A stretch of 64,000 nt of DNA from Cyanophora paradoxa CCMP329 (lineage: Eukaryota > Plantae > Glaucophyta): contig QPMI01000139.1 in assembly GCA_004431415.1 (NCBI GenBank), positions 1 to 64,000 of the forward strand. The letters run 5' to 3'. Under the pieces are notes generated by a model. That model was not told the origin of the DNA. It searched no databases and worked only from the letters and a program-made list of their open reading frames with translations. A program made the translations under genes and the position numbers. Positions 37,801-49,133 of this stretch are shown piece after piece; position 1 is the first letter of the stretch; each line of letters opens with the position of its first letter.

Positions 37801-39819
37801 CCGCCTTCTCCGTGACGAGCTGCTCCAGCTTGCTCCGCAGCTCCCCGAGCTTCCCGTTCAGGCGCTCCTTGTCCTCCTGCAGGCGCACGACGTCGTGGCG
37901 GGCGGCGAGGAGCTCCCCCTCCGCCTCGTGCGCCTTCATCCGCGCAGCGCGCATCTCCTGCTCCTCGGGGAGCCCGCGCCCGCCGGCCGCCTCCAGCTTC
38001 ACCGCCTCCAGCTCCATGCGCGCCTGCATGATGTCCAGCTGCCCGCCCCTCAGCGCCCGCCCCGCCCAGGGGCGGGCGGCGCGGGGTGCGCACGCGGCGC
38101 TTGGTGAGGAGGCCGTGGACGCGGTCGTCGTTGATGACGGGGTAGTTCTGCACGCGCCCCGCCGCCGCGGCGACCTGCATGGTGACAGAGGAGGCCTCGT
38201 AGCTGCCGGGCTTGAGGGCGGCGATGAGGAGGGTGACGGCGTTGCCCCCGATCTGCTCCTGCAGCATGGCCGTGACCTTGGAGTCGCGGTAGCTCACGTA
38301 CTCGACCTCCTTCTGGCCCCCGAGCGTCCGCAGCAGGCTGCTCAGCGCGAAGACCGCCCGGTTCAGCGTCGGCCCTGCCGCCCCGTCGGCGCGCGCGGAG
38401 GGCCGGCGGGGCGGCGCGGGGACCCTCGCGGAGGCGCGTGTTCGCGGCGTCCGAGGCGAGCTTCTCGGAGCCCGGGCAGTCCACGAACGTCAGGCGCGAC
38501 ACCAGCTGCGCTCCGGCCCCATCAGGCACAGCTCGCGGCGCGCCCCGGCGGGGCGGAGCGGGGCGGGCGCACCACCTGAGGGGCCTGCCCCGCCTGTCCC
38601 GGGTCGTACGTCTGCGCCGGGGGAGGAGGGGCTCGTGCGGGGGCGGGCGGGGCGGGGGAGGGGCGGGGGGCGGGGCCGGGGCGGGTTTGCGGGCCTGGAC
38701 GACGTCGACGAAGGCGATGCCGGTGGCGCGCTCGGCGGCCGGCCCGAAGTCCGTCGCCGCGCTCGTCCGCGCGATCCGCCCCTGGTTGTACAGCTCCAGC
38801 AGGTCCTCCGCGTCGTGCACCTGCCCACCGTCACGCCCCGCGCGACCGGAGCCGGGCGGGGCGGGGCGGGGCGGACGGGGGCGGCGACGAGGGCGCCGCA
38901 GACGGTGCCGAGCTCGGGGTCGTCCTCGAGCGGCAGGTCCCGGTTCTGCGGCTGCAGCAGGTCCTGCACCCGCTCGTCGTACACCTCCGCGTATCTGGCC
39001 CCCGCGCACCGCCCCGCTCGCCCCGGCCCCGCCCCGCCCCGGCGCCGCCCCGCTCACGCACTGGAAGCGGACGCGGTAGTTGAACTCGGGGCCGCGCCCG
39101 CGGCGCAGGCCGACCTGCCCGGCGCTCGCGGTCGCGGCGACGTTGTTCTGCTTGTCCCGCAGCAGCTGCATCAGCGCCCCAACCGCGAGGGGCACCACGC
39201 CTGCCGCCCCCGCTCGCGCCCGCCGCCAGCCGGGGGAGTGCGGGCGGACTCGCCCTGGCCCGCGGCGCCCCGCACGCCGTCCATCGTGAAGGTCTTGCCG
39301 CTCCCCGTCTGGCCGAAGGCGATGATGCAGCCCGAGACGCCTGCGCGCGGGGCTCACGCGAGGGCGCACTCCCGCCGCGGTCGGAGCGCCGGGTCACCGT
39401 CGAGTACGCCCTGGATGATGGGCATCACGGACTGGTCGAAGAGCTCCTGCGGCGCGCGGAGGCTCAGCGGCGCCCTCCCCTCTCGCAGCGGGGTGGCGCT
39501 GGCTCGCCTTCGTCGACGCCTCCGGCCCGTACACGGCGTCGAGCACGAACTCGTCGCTGGCGCTCCTGCGCCGCAAGCTGTGGGCAACGGGAGGCGAGGG
39601 GCCGGGAGCCCAAAGCCCAGCGCACCCCTCGCGCCGTCCGGGCGGAACGAGCATGAGCTTCCGGCCCGTGACCTGGATGTTGCCGGCGGGCGCGGGCTCC
39701 GTACGTAGCACTGGGCGCACTCTTGCAATGACCTGGATGGGCAGGCCGACAGGGCTCTTGGATAGCTTGGCGCGATAAGCCGAGCGCCCGTGCGGCGCTA
39801 CTCCAGAGAAGTCCGCCAT
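34854..39819 (-). CDS. Kinesin motor domain fused to CCDC78/DUF4472-like coiled coil; 3' end approximate
   Basis: Motor: IQVIARVRP, AFGQTGSGKTFTM, DCPGSE, SYRDSKVTAMLQEQIGGN. Tail: ELIASEEERLTVSRALVDLQIENN and EKERAELRTRCLVAEEQLRELQAYL..RYQREIVRLR. Confidence 0.85.
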
Positions 39820-40047
39820 GTCAGCTATCTAGGTTGCGTGGGCAATCTCTCTTCTTTCTTGCGCCTCCGCTGCAGCAGCCGCACCCGCTCCGGAGAGCTG
39901 GCTAGCCGAGAGGCACTGCTCGGGGGCTGCAACCCCGGCGCGCGCCGCGCCTATCGAATGCACAACGACTGCTCAACTTTCAGCTGCAGGCTGCACCAGC
40001 AACTTCGCCTTTCGATTCGAGATTTTGCGTACCCCGCGTAAACCTTT

Positions 40048-40171
40048 TTGATAGTAAAGTAGTTTACTTAGGTCAACCCGCGAGTAGACGTAGAGCAGCT
40101 GTACCCGAGGCACGACTGCCCGCCCCTCTTCAGTTGTTGTACCCCGAGTGCGCCGTCGCGCCTCGAGCTCT
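40048..40171 (+). repeat. Split direct repeat A1
   Basis: Matches 45862-45984 except for one homopolymer C. Confidence 0.95.
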
Positions 40172-40196
40172 GCAGAGCGTTCCGGCCGTACGCAAC

Positions 40197-42190
40197 ATGG
40201 TTGTCGAGACCCGTGGCCGCACGGCCACTCGCGCAGCCTCGGAGGCGGGACCATCGCGGTTCCAGAGTGCACCTCCCGACCCGCGCCAACCGGAGGCGCC
40301 AGCAGCTACACCGGTAGCTACAGCGGTAGGAGATGCGGGCTCGCAGCTGCAGACGACCTCAGATCTGCAGCCGCCCGTCGGGATCGCCCCTGCGCCAGGG
40401 CTCGCCTCGCACTCCGCGCAGGCCGAGCAGCAGCATCCCGGCGGCCCCGCCGCTCCTCCTGCGTCGACAGCGAGGCTGCTGCAGCAGACTTCGCACGCGG
40501 CTGCCGCCCCCCCCGCACCCGCGGGCGGGGGTTCCGCGGCCGCGCCGTCGACCCCGGCATCCGGATCCGCGCCGCCTCAGCCCGCCCCCGTGCTCGCACC
40601 TCGCATGCCGGAGGCCCGAGCTTCGCGCGCGCCGCCGGCGGGACCCCTCGCAGTCCTGCCCGGCCCCGGATCGCCGGCCCCCGTGGTGGATCTGTCACAG
40701 CTCGGCCCGATGCTGACCCAGCAGCTCGCGGCGAGCGTGCAGCAGGCGACCGCCTCAGCGGTCGCGGCAGCGGTTGCTCCCCTGACGCGCGACCTCAGCG
40801 CCCTCGTGAGCGCCGTCGACCAGCAGCGCATGGTGCTGGCGCAGCACCAGAGCCTGCTCGAGCACGCGCAGCGGCCCGCCCCAGCCCAGGTCACGCACCT
40901 GCCGCTCGAGGCCCCTGCCCGCTGCCGGCCCCGGCACCCCCGCCGGCGCGGCCCTGTCCCACCACGTCCCCACGGCGACCGCCGCCGTCCCTGGTGCTGT
41001 ATTCGTCCCGCGGAGCGCACCGTCCCGCCCCTTCGTGCACGGCGCCGCCGCCGACCCGCCGCCCACATCGCAGACCGATGTCGATATCTCTCAGGCGGTG
41101 TCGCAGGCACTGGCGCGCGCCCTGCCGGCGGCGCTCGCAGGGGCCGGCTTCGCGTTCGGGGTGCCGGCGCTGCGCCCCCTCGACCGACGGGAGCGCTCGC
41201 GTCAGCACCCTTCCCGCGCGCATCTTCACAGGCCCGGCCGGTGAGCGCCTCGTAGCGGCGATTCGGGCGGGGGGGCCTTTCGAGCTCCGTAGGCTCTTTC
41301 TAGACCCCGTCTTCTCCCCCTCCGCCACCCAGTCGGGCCTCGCGTCCTCCGCCGCGGACGCCATCGCGGTGTCCCTCGACCCCGTCTCGGGCCGGCTGGT
41401 CCTCCAGGCGCACTCCGCCTCGTCCAGCACCGGCACACAGCGCGAGCAGCTCGCCTTCCCCGACCTCCTCCTGTGCCTTCAGCTCCTCGCCTTCCAGATC
41501 TCCACGGACACCATGCTGCCGGCGGAGGAGCGCTGCCGCCGCCTCGAGGCCCTGTCCCGGCTGCAGTACGAGATCATCGTCCTTGCCCGCACGCTTCCGT
41601 GGGAGCGGGTCTTCCCGTGGGTGCAGCATCACCTTGCTGACGCCCTCGCCTGCGCCGAGGACGCCGACGGCCGGTACCGCGCCCTTGGCCACCACAGCAT
41701 GGCTCTCCTCGCGCGCAGCCTGCCCGAGGGGGGGCTCGGGCTCGGGGGCCCCCTCCCCTTTCACGCCGGCAGCATCGTGGCCTCGGCCGCCGCCGTCGAT
41801 GCAGCCGCCCGTCCGGCCGGCGGCGGCCGGGCGTCGCGCTCCAGCGCCGCGGCGCGCCCCGCCGCGGCCTCGGCGGTCGCCGCGCTCGCGTCCCCGCCCG
41901 GCACCGCGCCCAGCGGCGACACTCGGGCCGCCTCCGGCTCCGGCCGCTCGCGGTCCCGGGCCGTGCAGGATGCCCTCGACCGTGGCGCCGTCTGGCACAC
42001 CGAGGACCCGCGCTACTTCGGCGTCAGCCCAGCCATCTGTTGGTGCTTCAACCAGGGCATCTGCAAGAACGCCGTCAGCGACGGCGTCTGCTTCTTCGGG
42101 CGCCACATCTGTGCCCAGTGCCACAGCCGGGACCACCCCGACTGCGCGCGCCGTACCGCCACCGGCGCCGGCGCCGTCGGCCCTTCCTGA
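40197..42190 (+). CDS. Gag-like ORF1 of the retrotransposon (frameshifted in this sequence)
   Basis: Ends in Cys/His finger ICWCFNQGIC..CFFGRHICAQCHSRDH, typical of YR-retrotransposon ORF1. Pieces lie in frames 40134 and 40148. Confidence 0.75.
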
Positions 42191-42534
42191 GCACCCCCCG
42201 CAGGCGGCCGCAGTTCCCGCTCCCTGCGGCGCGCCAGACGCGGAGCATCATAGGAGCCCTCCGGAGGCGGTGGCGCCCCCTCTGGCGGCAGCGGTGCGCC
42301 CATCGCCGCCGTCCCCGCCTCCGCCCCCTTCGGTCTCGGTCGCGGCCCTCCCGCGGCTAAGTCCGATCGCCCCCCCCTCGGCATCTTCCCCCCGGGCTTC
42401 GCCCGTCCAGGCACCCGGTTTTGTACCGGCGTCCGCTGTCCCGGGCCGTTGCGTCCGGCGGCCTAGCGGACAGGACGTCGTGTCTGTTGTCTCCGAGACC
42501 CGCAGTTCGAGTCCGACCGGGTCCACTTCCGCCG

Positions 42535-42745
42535 CTTCGATTCCGGAGAGGCGCGCTTCCACGGCGACCGCCGTCGACCCCCCCCACGACCCGCGCTCGA
42601 TTCCCGCCGGGTCCTCTTTCGCTGCTTCGGCTCCGGAGCGGCCCGTTTCCACAGCGACCGCCGGCGCCGCCGCCCACGCTCCCGACCCGCGCTCGATTCC
42701 CGCCGGGTCCTCTTTCGCCTCTTCGACTCCGGAGCGGCCCACTTC
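42535..42745 (+). repeat. ~96-bp tandem duplication in the pol N-terminal linker
   Basis: CGACCCGCGCTCGATTCCCGCCGGGTCCTCTTTCGC at 42587 and 42683. Confidence 0.8.
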
Positions 42746-42904
42746 CGCAGTCGCTGACGCCGCCGCGCCCGCGGGCACGCGCGCCCGCGCGCACACGCGC
42801 ATCCGCAAGCAACCGCTGGCCCCCCTTTCGACACGACTGTCCCGACCTACCCCACGAGTGCTGTCGGCGGCGCCCCGCTCCCGTCGGGACTGGCGCCCAC
42901 GCCG

Positions 42905-44532
42905 GTGCACCTCCCCAACCTTCTGGCCGCGCTGGCCGACCATCCAGACCCCACGCTCGCTACCCGCCTGGCCCAGGGCTTCACCCGCGGCTTCCCTCTG
43001 CTCTACCGCGGGCCGCCTTACTCGGCGGTCCACAGGCCCCATCCCACGGCGCTGGAACATCTCGACGCCGTGCGGGCGGACGTCGCCAAGGAGCGGGCGG
43101 CGGGACGCATGGCCGGCCCTTTCCCGCATCCGCCCTTCGCCCCCTTCGTCGCCTCGCCACTCGGCGCCGTGCCGAAGAAGCGCTCCAACCCACCCAAGTG
43201 GCGGCGCATCACAGACCTATCCTATCCCCGGTTTCGCGGCTTCAGCGTCAACCGCGGCATCGACAATGCTCCCCTTCACTACACCTCCCCTTCGGTGGCA
43301 GACGCGATCGAGCTCATCATCTCCCTGGGCCGGCTCACGCAGCTGGGCAAGGCCGACGTGCGGGACGCCTTCCGCCTCCTGCCGGTCCGCCCGGAGGACT
43401 ACTGGCTGCTGGGTGCCGCCTCCCCTCCGAGGATCCCGCCCGCCCCGGCGCGTACGACTTCTACTACGACATGGCTCTCCATTCGGTGGCCGCTCCTCCC
43501 GCGCACGTTCGAGGACCTCGGTCAGGCCCTCGACCACGCCCTCCGTCGGGGGGGCGTCCTCTTCCTGCGCTACGTCGATGACATCCTCGTGCTCGGGCGC
43601 CCCGGCACTGCCGAGTGTGCACGGTCGATGGAGGCCCTCCAGGCCATCTGCTCCCACCTGGGCATCCCGCTGGCTGCGGAGAAGCTGGAGGGGCCCGCCT
43701 TCCGCCTCGTCTTCCTCGGCATCGAGCTCGACACCGACGCGATGGAGGCGCGCCTCTCGGCCGGCCGCTACGAGGACCTCGTCTCGCTCCTCGGCAGCTG
43801 GGAGGGAAAGCGGCACGCCACCCGGCATGACCTCCAGTCCCTCGCCGGTCTCCTCACCTCCGCCACCGCCGTCATTCCCCCCGGCCGCTTCTTCCTCCAG
43901 CGCGTGCTGAGTCTCATCTCTGCCCTGCGCGAGGACCACCACCGTGCCACGCTCCACCCCGGCTTCCACGCAGACCTCCGTTGGTGGCGCTTCCTGCTTG
44001 CCGAGCGGCACGGCGTCCGCCTCCTCCCGCCTCAGCCCGCTGGGCCGACTCGCGGGAGCTACGCCTGGAGACTGATGCCAGCGGCGTGGGCTTTGGCGCC
44101 GTCTTTGGCGACGCCTGGCTCTTCGGCGCCTGGGCCGACCACCCCGACATCCCTGCCAGCATGCCCTGGCGCGAGCTCATGGCGATCGTCATCGCCGCCG
44201 CCACGTGGGGCCCCCAGTGGCACCGCCGGCGGATTAACTTCCACACTGACTGCGAGCCGGTTGCCCTTGCCATTGCCAACGGCTACTCCCCCCGCCCCGG
44301 CTTCGCCACCCTCCTCCGCACCCTCTATGCCCTTTCCGTCCTCCACTCTTTCGAGTTTCGCGCCACGCACATCGCTGGCCTGTCTAACGTCCTGGCCGAC
44401 CCCCTCTCCCGCCTCCAGATCGAGCAGTTCCGCCGACTGCACCGGTCAGCGGATTCTTTGCCGACCCCCGCCTGCTGGCCGTCGATCGACCCCTTGCCGC
44501 CCTCGCCACGCACCTCTACATGTCCGGCTTAG
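42905..44532 (+). CDS. Reverse transcriptase-RNase H (frameshifted)
   Basis: SPLGAVPKK, KWRRITDLS, KADVRDAFRLLPV, YVDD (43571), FLGIELDT. RNase H: TDASGVGFGA, RELMAI, FHTDC, HIAGLSNVLADPLSR. Confidence 0.93.
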
Positions 44533-45502
44533 CGGCCAGCACCCGCAGGAGCTACTCGTACCCGCAGCGCGAGTTCATCGAGTTCTGCCTCCAGCGGGGT
44601 CTGCACGACAGGCAGGGCTCGGTCCTGCCGGCGTCGGAGGCTACACTCTGCTTCTTCGCGGCGCACCTCTTCCGCCGTGGCGGCGTCGCCCCGCCATCCA
44701 TCCGCACGTACATCACGGCCGTGCAGTCGCTGCACGTCGACTCCGGCTTCAGCACTTTCTGGGGCTCCATGCCGCGCCTCGCCCGGCTCCTCGAGGGCAT
44801 CGCCCGCGTGGCCGACCCTCGCCCCAAACTCTGCCGCGACCCGATCACGCGCGGACAGCTCAGTGACCTCGCCCAGTATGCAGCCGCCCACCCGTCACCT
44901 GAGACGCGGCTCCTCTGGGCCGCCTTTTCCACCGCCTTCTTCGGCTTCTTCCGCTGCAGCGAGGTCTGTGCTGTCCGCCTCCCTGTGCCCGACCCGGCCC
45001 GGCTCTTCCAGCGCCGCGACCTCCGCTTCTTCACGGACGAGGGCGAGAGCTTCGCCGCCTCCGCCTGAAGAAGTCGAAGACCGATCAGCGAGGCCAGGGC
45101 TGTGACGTCGACATTCCCCATGTCGGCGGCCTGGAGTGCGCTCACTGCGCCCTCGAGGCCCTCGCCCTCTCCTGGACGGGCCCCGCCCGCCCTGACGCCT
45201 ACATCTTCGCACATGCCGCCACCGGCCAGCGCTGACCCGTTCGGAGCTGCATGCCGCCCTCCGCAACTGGCTCCACGCCTCGGCTACGCAGCCGACCCCT
45301 GCTGCCGCACAGCTTCCGCATCGGCGCCGCCACCGCGGCGTTCGAGGCCGGCCTCCCTGACTACGCTATCCAGCTCCTCGGCCGCTGGCGGTCCGACGCT
45401 TTCCAGCTGTACATCCGTGCGCGCCCCGAGCTCGTCCGCCGCCAGCGGGGCCTCCTCCTCGCCAGCAGCCACGCGCCCCCAGCCGCAGTGCCCTCCAGCT
45501 GA
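44520..45502 (+). CDS. Tyrosine recombinase (frameshifted)
   Basis: AFFGFFRCSEV; LKKSKTDQ in a shifted frame; HSFRIGAATAAFEAG..IQLLGRWRSDAFQLYIR. Confidence 0.93.
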
Positions 45503-45572
45503 CCTTCATTCATCACACACCTCTCTCCATGGGTGCCAGCGCGCGGCGCCCACTTCGCAGCCGCCGCCGCCT

Positions 45573-46304
45573 CGGCGCCTTGGTCCTGCCTCTCCCCTGC
45601 TTCGCGTACCCTAGGCCAGACTGCCGTACCCAGGACAGGTGTTGCGAACTAGCCTAGTTCACGTACCCCTCTGCCTGCTACGGACTCTAGCCAGTTTCAC
45701 GCTCAGGATTTTCACAGGCCCGAGGCAGTCCCCTTCTTGGCACCCATTTCGAGTTGTGTATGCATATACTAGATTAGCATATGACCATGCTAGCGACGCA
45801 GAGCTCACAGCACTGCGGGGAGTGTACCCTCTATTGCTAAGAGTAAACTCGCTAGGGTTGATTGATAGTAAAGTAGTTTACTTAGGTCAACCCGCGAGTA
45901 GACGTAGAGCAGCTGTACCCGAGGCACGACTGCCCGCCCCTCTTCAGTTGTTGTACCCGAGTGCGCCGTCGCGCCTCGAGCTCTCCCACCCGACCCTACC
46001 CTATGTATACGGCGCCTTGGTCCTGCCTCTCCCCTGCTTCGCGTACCCTAGGCCAGACTGCCGTACCCAGGACAGGTGTTGCGAACTAGCCCTAGTTCAC
46101 GTACCCCTCTGCCTGCTACGGACTCTAGCCCAGTTTCACGCTCAGGATTTTCACAGGCCCGAGGCAGTCCCCTTCTTGGCACCCATTTCGAGTTGTGTAT
46201 GCATATACTAGATTAGCATATGACCATGCTAGCGACGCAGAGCTCACAGCACTGCGGGGAGTGTACCCCTCTATTGCTAAGAGTAAACTCGCTAGGGTTG
46301 ATTG
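45573..46304 (+). repeat. Right-end split repeats B1 (45573-45864), A2 (45862-45984), B2 (46010-46304)
   Basis: B1 and B2 are identical apart from three single-C indels in C runs. Confidence 0.95.
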
Positions 46305-46322
46305 CGCCAGCCGAACGAGGCA

Positions 46323-48871
46323 ATGCAGCGGCCCTCCTCGCGCGGTGGGCAGATGCCAACGGGCTCCATCCCCGGCGGAGGTGCCATGGCCCGCCCATCG
46401 AGCCGCGGCGGCTACGGCGGAGTCATGGGCGCGCCACTCGGGCCCTCCGGCTTCATACCTGCCCAGGTGCGTCCCAGATGGATGCTTTGCGTTTAGCTAG
46501 AGGCGTGTGGGGCCTCCGGGCCGTTCGCTTGCTGCCCGGCTCCCGCTCACTTTTGAGCAGGGTGGCATGGCTCCTGGGCAGGGTGGCCCGCTGCGACCAG
46601 TCACAGGAGCGATGCCGCCTGGCACAGCTATGCGCGGTGGAGTCCCCGGAACAGCTCAGCGGCCTGGCACTCGCGGCGGCGGCGGTGGTTCGTTGCCGCG
46701 CAGGCCGCCACGTACCACCGCTGAGCGCCGCGCAGGCGGCATCGGGTTGAACACGAATGTACAGATCTCGGAGCGACCAGTCACACAGCAGGGCATGATG
46801 GGTGCGCGCTGTGCGGGTGGCGTGTCGGAAGCACCTGGCGCCTTCCAGGCTGAGTGGCGGCCCTCCACGGGCGCAGGCATGAAGGGCGCGGCGGCTGGAC
46901 CGGGCAGGCAAGTGCAGGACAAGTCCTTCTTCATGGGCGAGCTGCGGGCGAAGATCTCCGAGCTGAAGAGCGAAATCGACGCGCTGACCAACGAGCGCGA
47001 CAAGCGGCAGAACGATACAAGCACGATGTCGCAGCTTGCGCGCGCGTACGACGACGCGCAAAGGAAGATCAAGACGCTGCAGGCGGAGCTCGCCGTGTAC
47101 AACCTCATGCTCGACAAGGTGCGCGGGGCGCCCCCCCGCGCCGGCAGGGCGAGCAGGGCCGAGCGCCGGGGCAGGTGAGGGTCGGCGCCGAAATGGATGC
47201 CGTCCGCAACGAGTACACGGACGTGAAGGCACGGAACGACAACGAGAAGCGGCGGGCAGACCAGATCTTCCAGGAGCGATCCAGGCACGTCCGCTCGCCT
47301 TGGCGCGCCGCGCGCCGCGGGGCCGGGGGGCGAGCGCGGGGCGCAGCAAAGAGGCGCACACGCGGGAGATCGAGGCGCAGATCAACGCGGTGATGCACCA
47401 GCTGGAGAGCCGCCTGAGCGAGCTGGCGCCGGGGGAGCGGGAGCGCTACCGCCAGCTGCAGGAGCAGAACCGGCAGGCGAACGACGCGGCCGTGCGCCTG
47501 ACGGCGGACCTGGAGGACAAGACGCGGGAGATCCAGCGGCTGGAGGAGGAGCTGCGGGCGGACACGCTGCGGCAGCGAGCGGTGGCGCTGGAGGAGCAGA
47601 AGCGGGAGGCGGAGCAGCGGCTGGCGGAGCTGCAGGCCGACTCCGCCAACGAGAACCTGCCCTTCCCGGAGGCCCGCGACCGCCTCCTCAACCAGGCCCG
47701 CCCAGCCCCGCCCCGCCCCGCCCCGCCCCGCCCCCGCGCCGGTGGCGGGGCCGGCGCTGAGGGCGGGGGCAGGTGCGGAAGGACAACATGGAGATCGCGG
47801 ACGCGGAGCGGCAGATCCGGGCCCTCGAGAAGGAGAACGGGCAGCTGCGCGAGCAGGTCGACGCCATGGGCGCCGACATGGACGAGACGCGGGGTGGGCG
47901 GGGCGGGGCGGGGCGGGGCGGGGCGGGGGCGTGACGGGGGCGGGCAGGGGAGAAGGCGGACAAGTACGCGGAGCTGCTGGCGAAGGACCAGGAGATGCAG
48001 GCGTTCATCGAGCGCTTCGACGAGAACAAGCGGGCCACCGCCGAGGCCATCCAGAAGCACGAGCTCATGATCTGCGCCCTCCTCCAGCACATCTCCCAGG
48101 CCCGCCCCCCGCCCCGCCCCCGCCCCGCCCCCGCCCCCGCCCGAGCCCCCGCGGCAGGGCCTGGACCGGCAGCACGCGATGCCGACGGCGGAGCGGCTGA
48201 AGGAGCTGCAGGAGGAGGTGCGCGGGGGGCGCGGGGCGCGGGGCGCGGGGCGCGGGGCGGGGGGCGGGCCCGACGGGGCGGGCGGCAGGTGGAGTACAAG
48301 CGGACGCAGCTGGAGAACTCGCAGACGACGGCGGAGCGGCTGAAGCAGGAGCTGCAGCTCCGCGAGATGGAGCTCGAGAAGATCAAGACGCTCGACCAGA
48401 AGATCGGGGTCGAGCTGGAGTCGCTCAAGGGCAAGTCGCAGCAGATGCGGGAGGAGATGGGCACCTTCTCGCAGATCGAGCAGCTCAAGGAGGCCCACGA
48501 GGCCCGCAAGCGCGCGCTCGTCGCCGAGCGGCAGCGCCTCGGGAAGCGGAAGGAGATGCTGAAGCAGCAGACGGCGCTGCTGCAGGCCAAGTACGACACG
48601 AAGAAGATGCAGCTCTCCGAGAACGACGTCTACACGCAGCTCGACTCCCTCGAGCAGAAGCTGCGCGCCCAGGAGCAGAACAACTTCCACCTCCGCGAGT
48701 GTCCGCACCGCCCCGCCCGCCCCGCCGCGCCGCGCCGCCCCCCTCACGCGCCGCCAGTCATCGAGACGAAGGAGCGAGAGAGCAATTACGTGCCCCTGAA
48801 GAAGGAGTGCCTCACCATGGTCGACGAGCTAAACCAGCTCGTCATCAAGGCCCAGGCGTGCCCCGCCCCCG

Positions 48872-48902
<31 letters not shown>

Positions 48903-48945
48903 AGCTCTGACAGCGTTTTGCCCGCAGACCGGCGCCAAGTTCTGA
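46323..48945 (+). CDS. IFT74: Intraflagellar transport protein 74
   Basis: MQRPSSRGG; RPGT/RPVTQQGMMG; GPGRQVQDKSFFMGELR; LAVYNLMLDK; LEQKLRAQEQNNFHLRE; KERESNYVPLK. Confidence 0.93.
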
Positions 48946-49133
48946 GCTGTTTCGCCATCGTACCCCCTCACCAGCCCCCTGCCCCTCGCGCTGCGCCCCT
49001 CCCGCATCTCTTGCCTCGTATCCCTCAATATCACGGACCGACCCCGTCAACGAAAGCGCGACTAAGCGAGGCGTGGCATGCATACACAAATACCTGAAAT
49101 ACTGTAACCCATAAGCGAGGGGCCCGGCGGGGC

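Larger units (their letters stand above)
40048..46304 (+). mobile_element. Ngaro-like tyrosine-recombinase (DIRS order) retrotransposon, full length
   Basis: Split direct repeats A1..B1A2B2 flanking gag, RT/RNase H and tyrosine recombinase ORFs. TTG core at both ends and at the B1/A2 junction. Confidence 0.95.

Noticed and set aside
147-39819. Frameshifts in ATG2, DnaJ, kinesin and others read as pseudogenes or programmed frameshifting
   Set aside because: They fall in G/C homopolymer-rich DNA, and the retrotransposon repeat copies differ by the same kind of 1-nt indel. Assembly error is more likely.
40048-46304. LTR retrotransposon or bacterial retron/integron
   Set aside because: No DDE integrase or LTR pair. 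Split direct repeats plus a tyrosine recombinase define a DIRS-order element.
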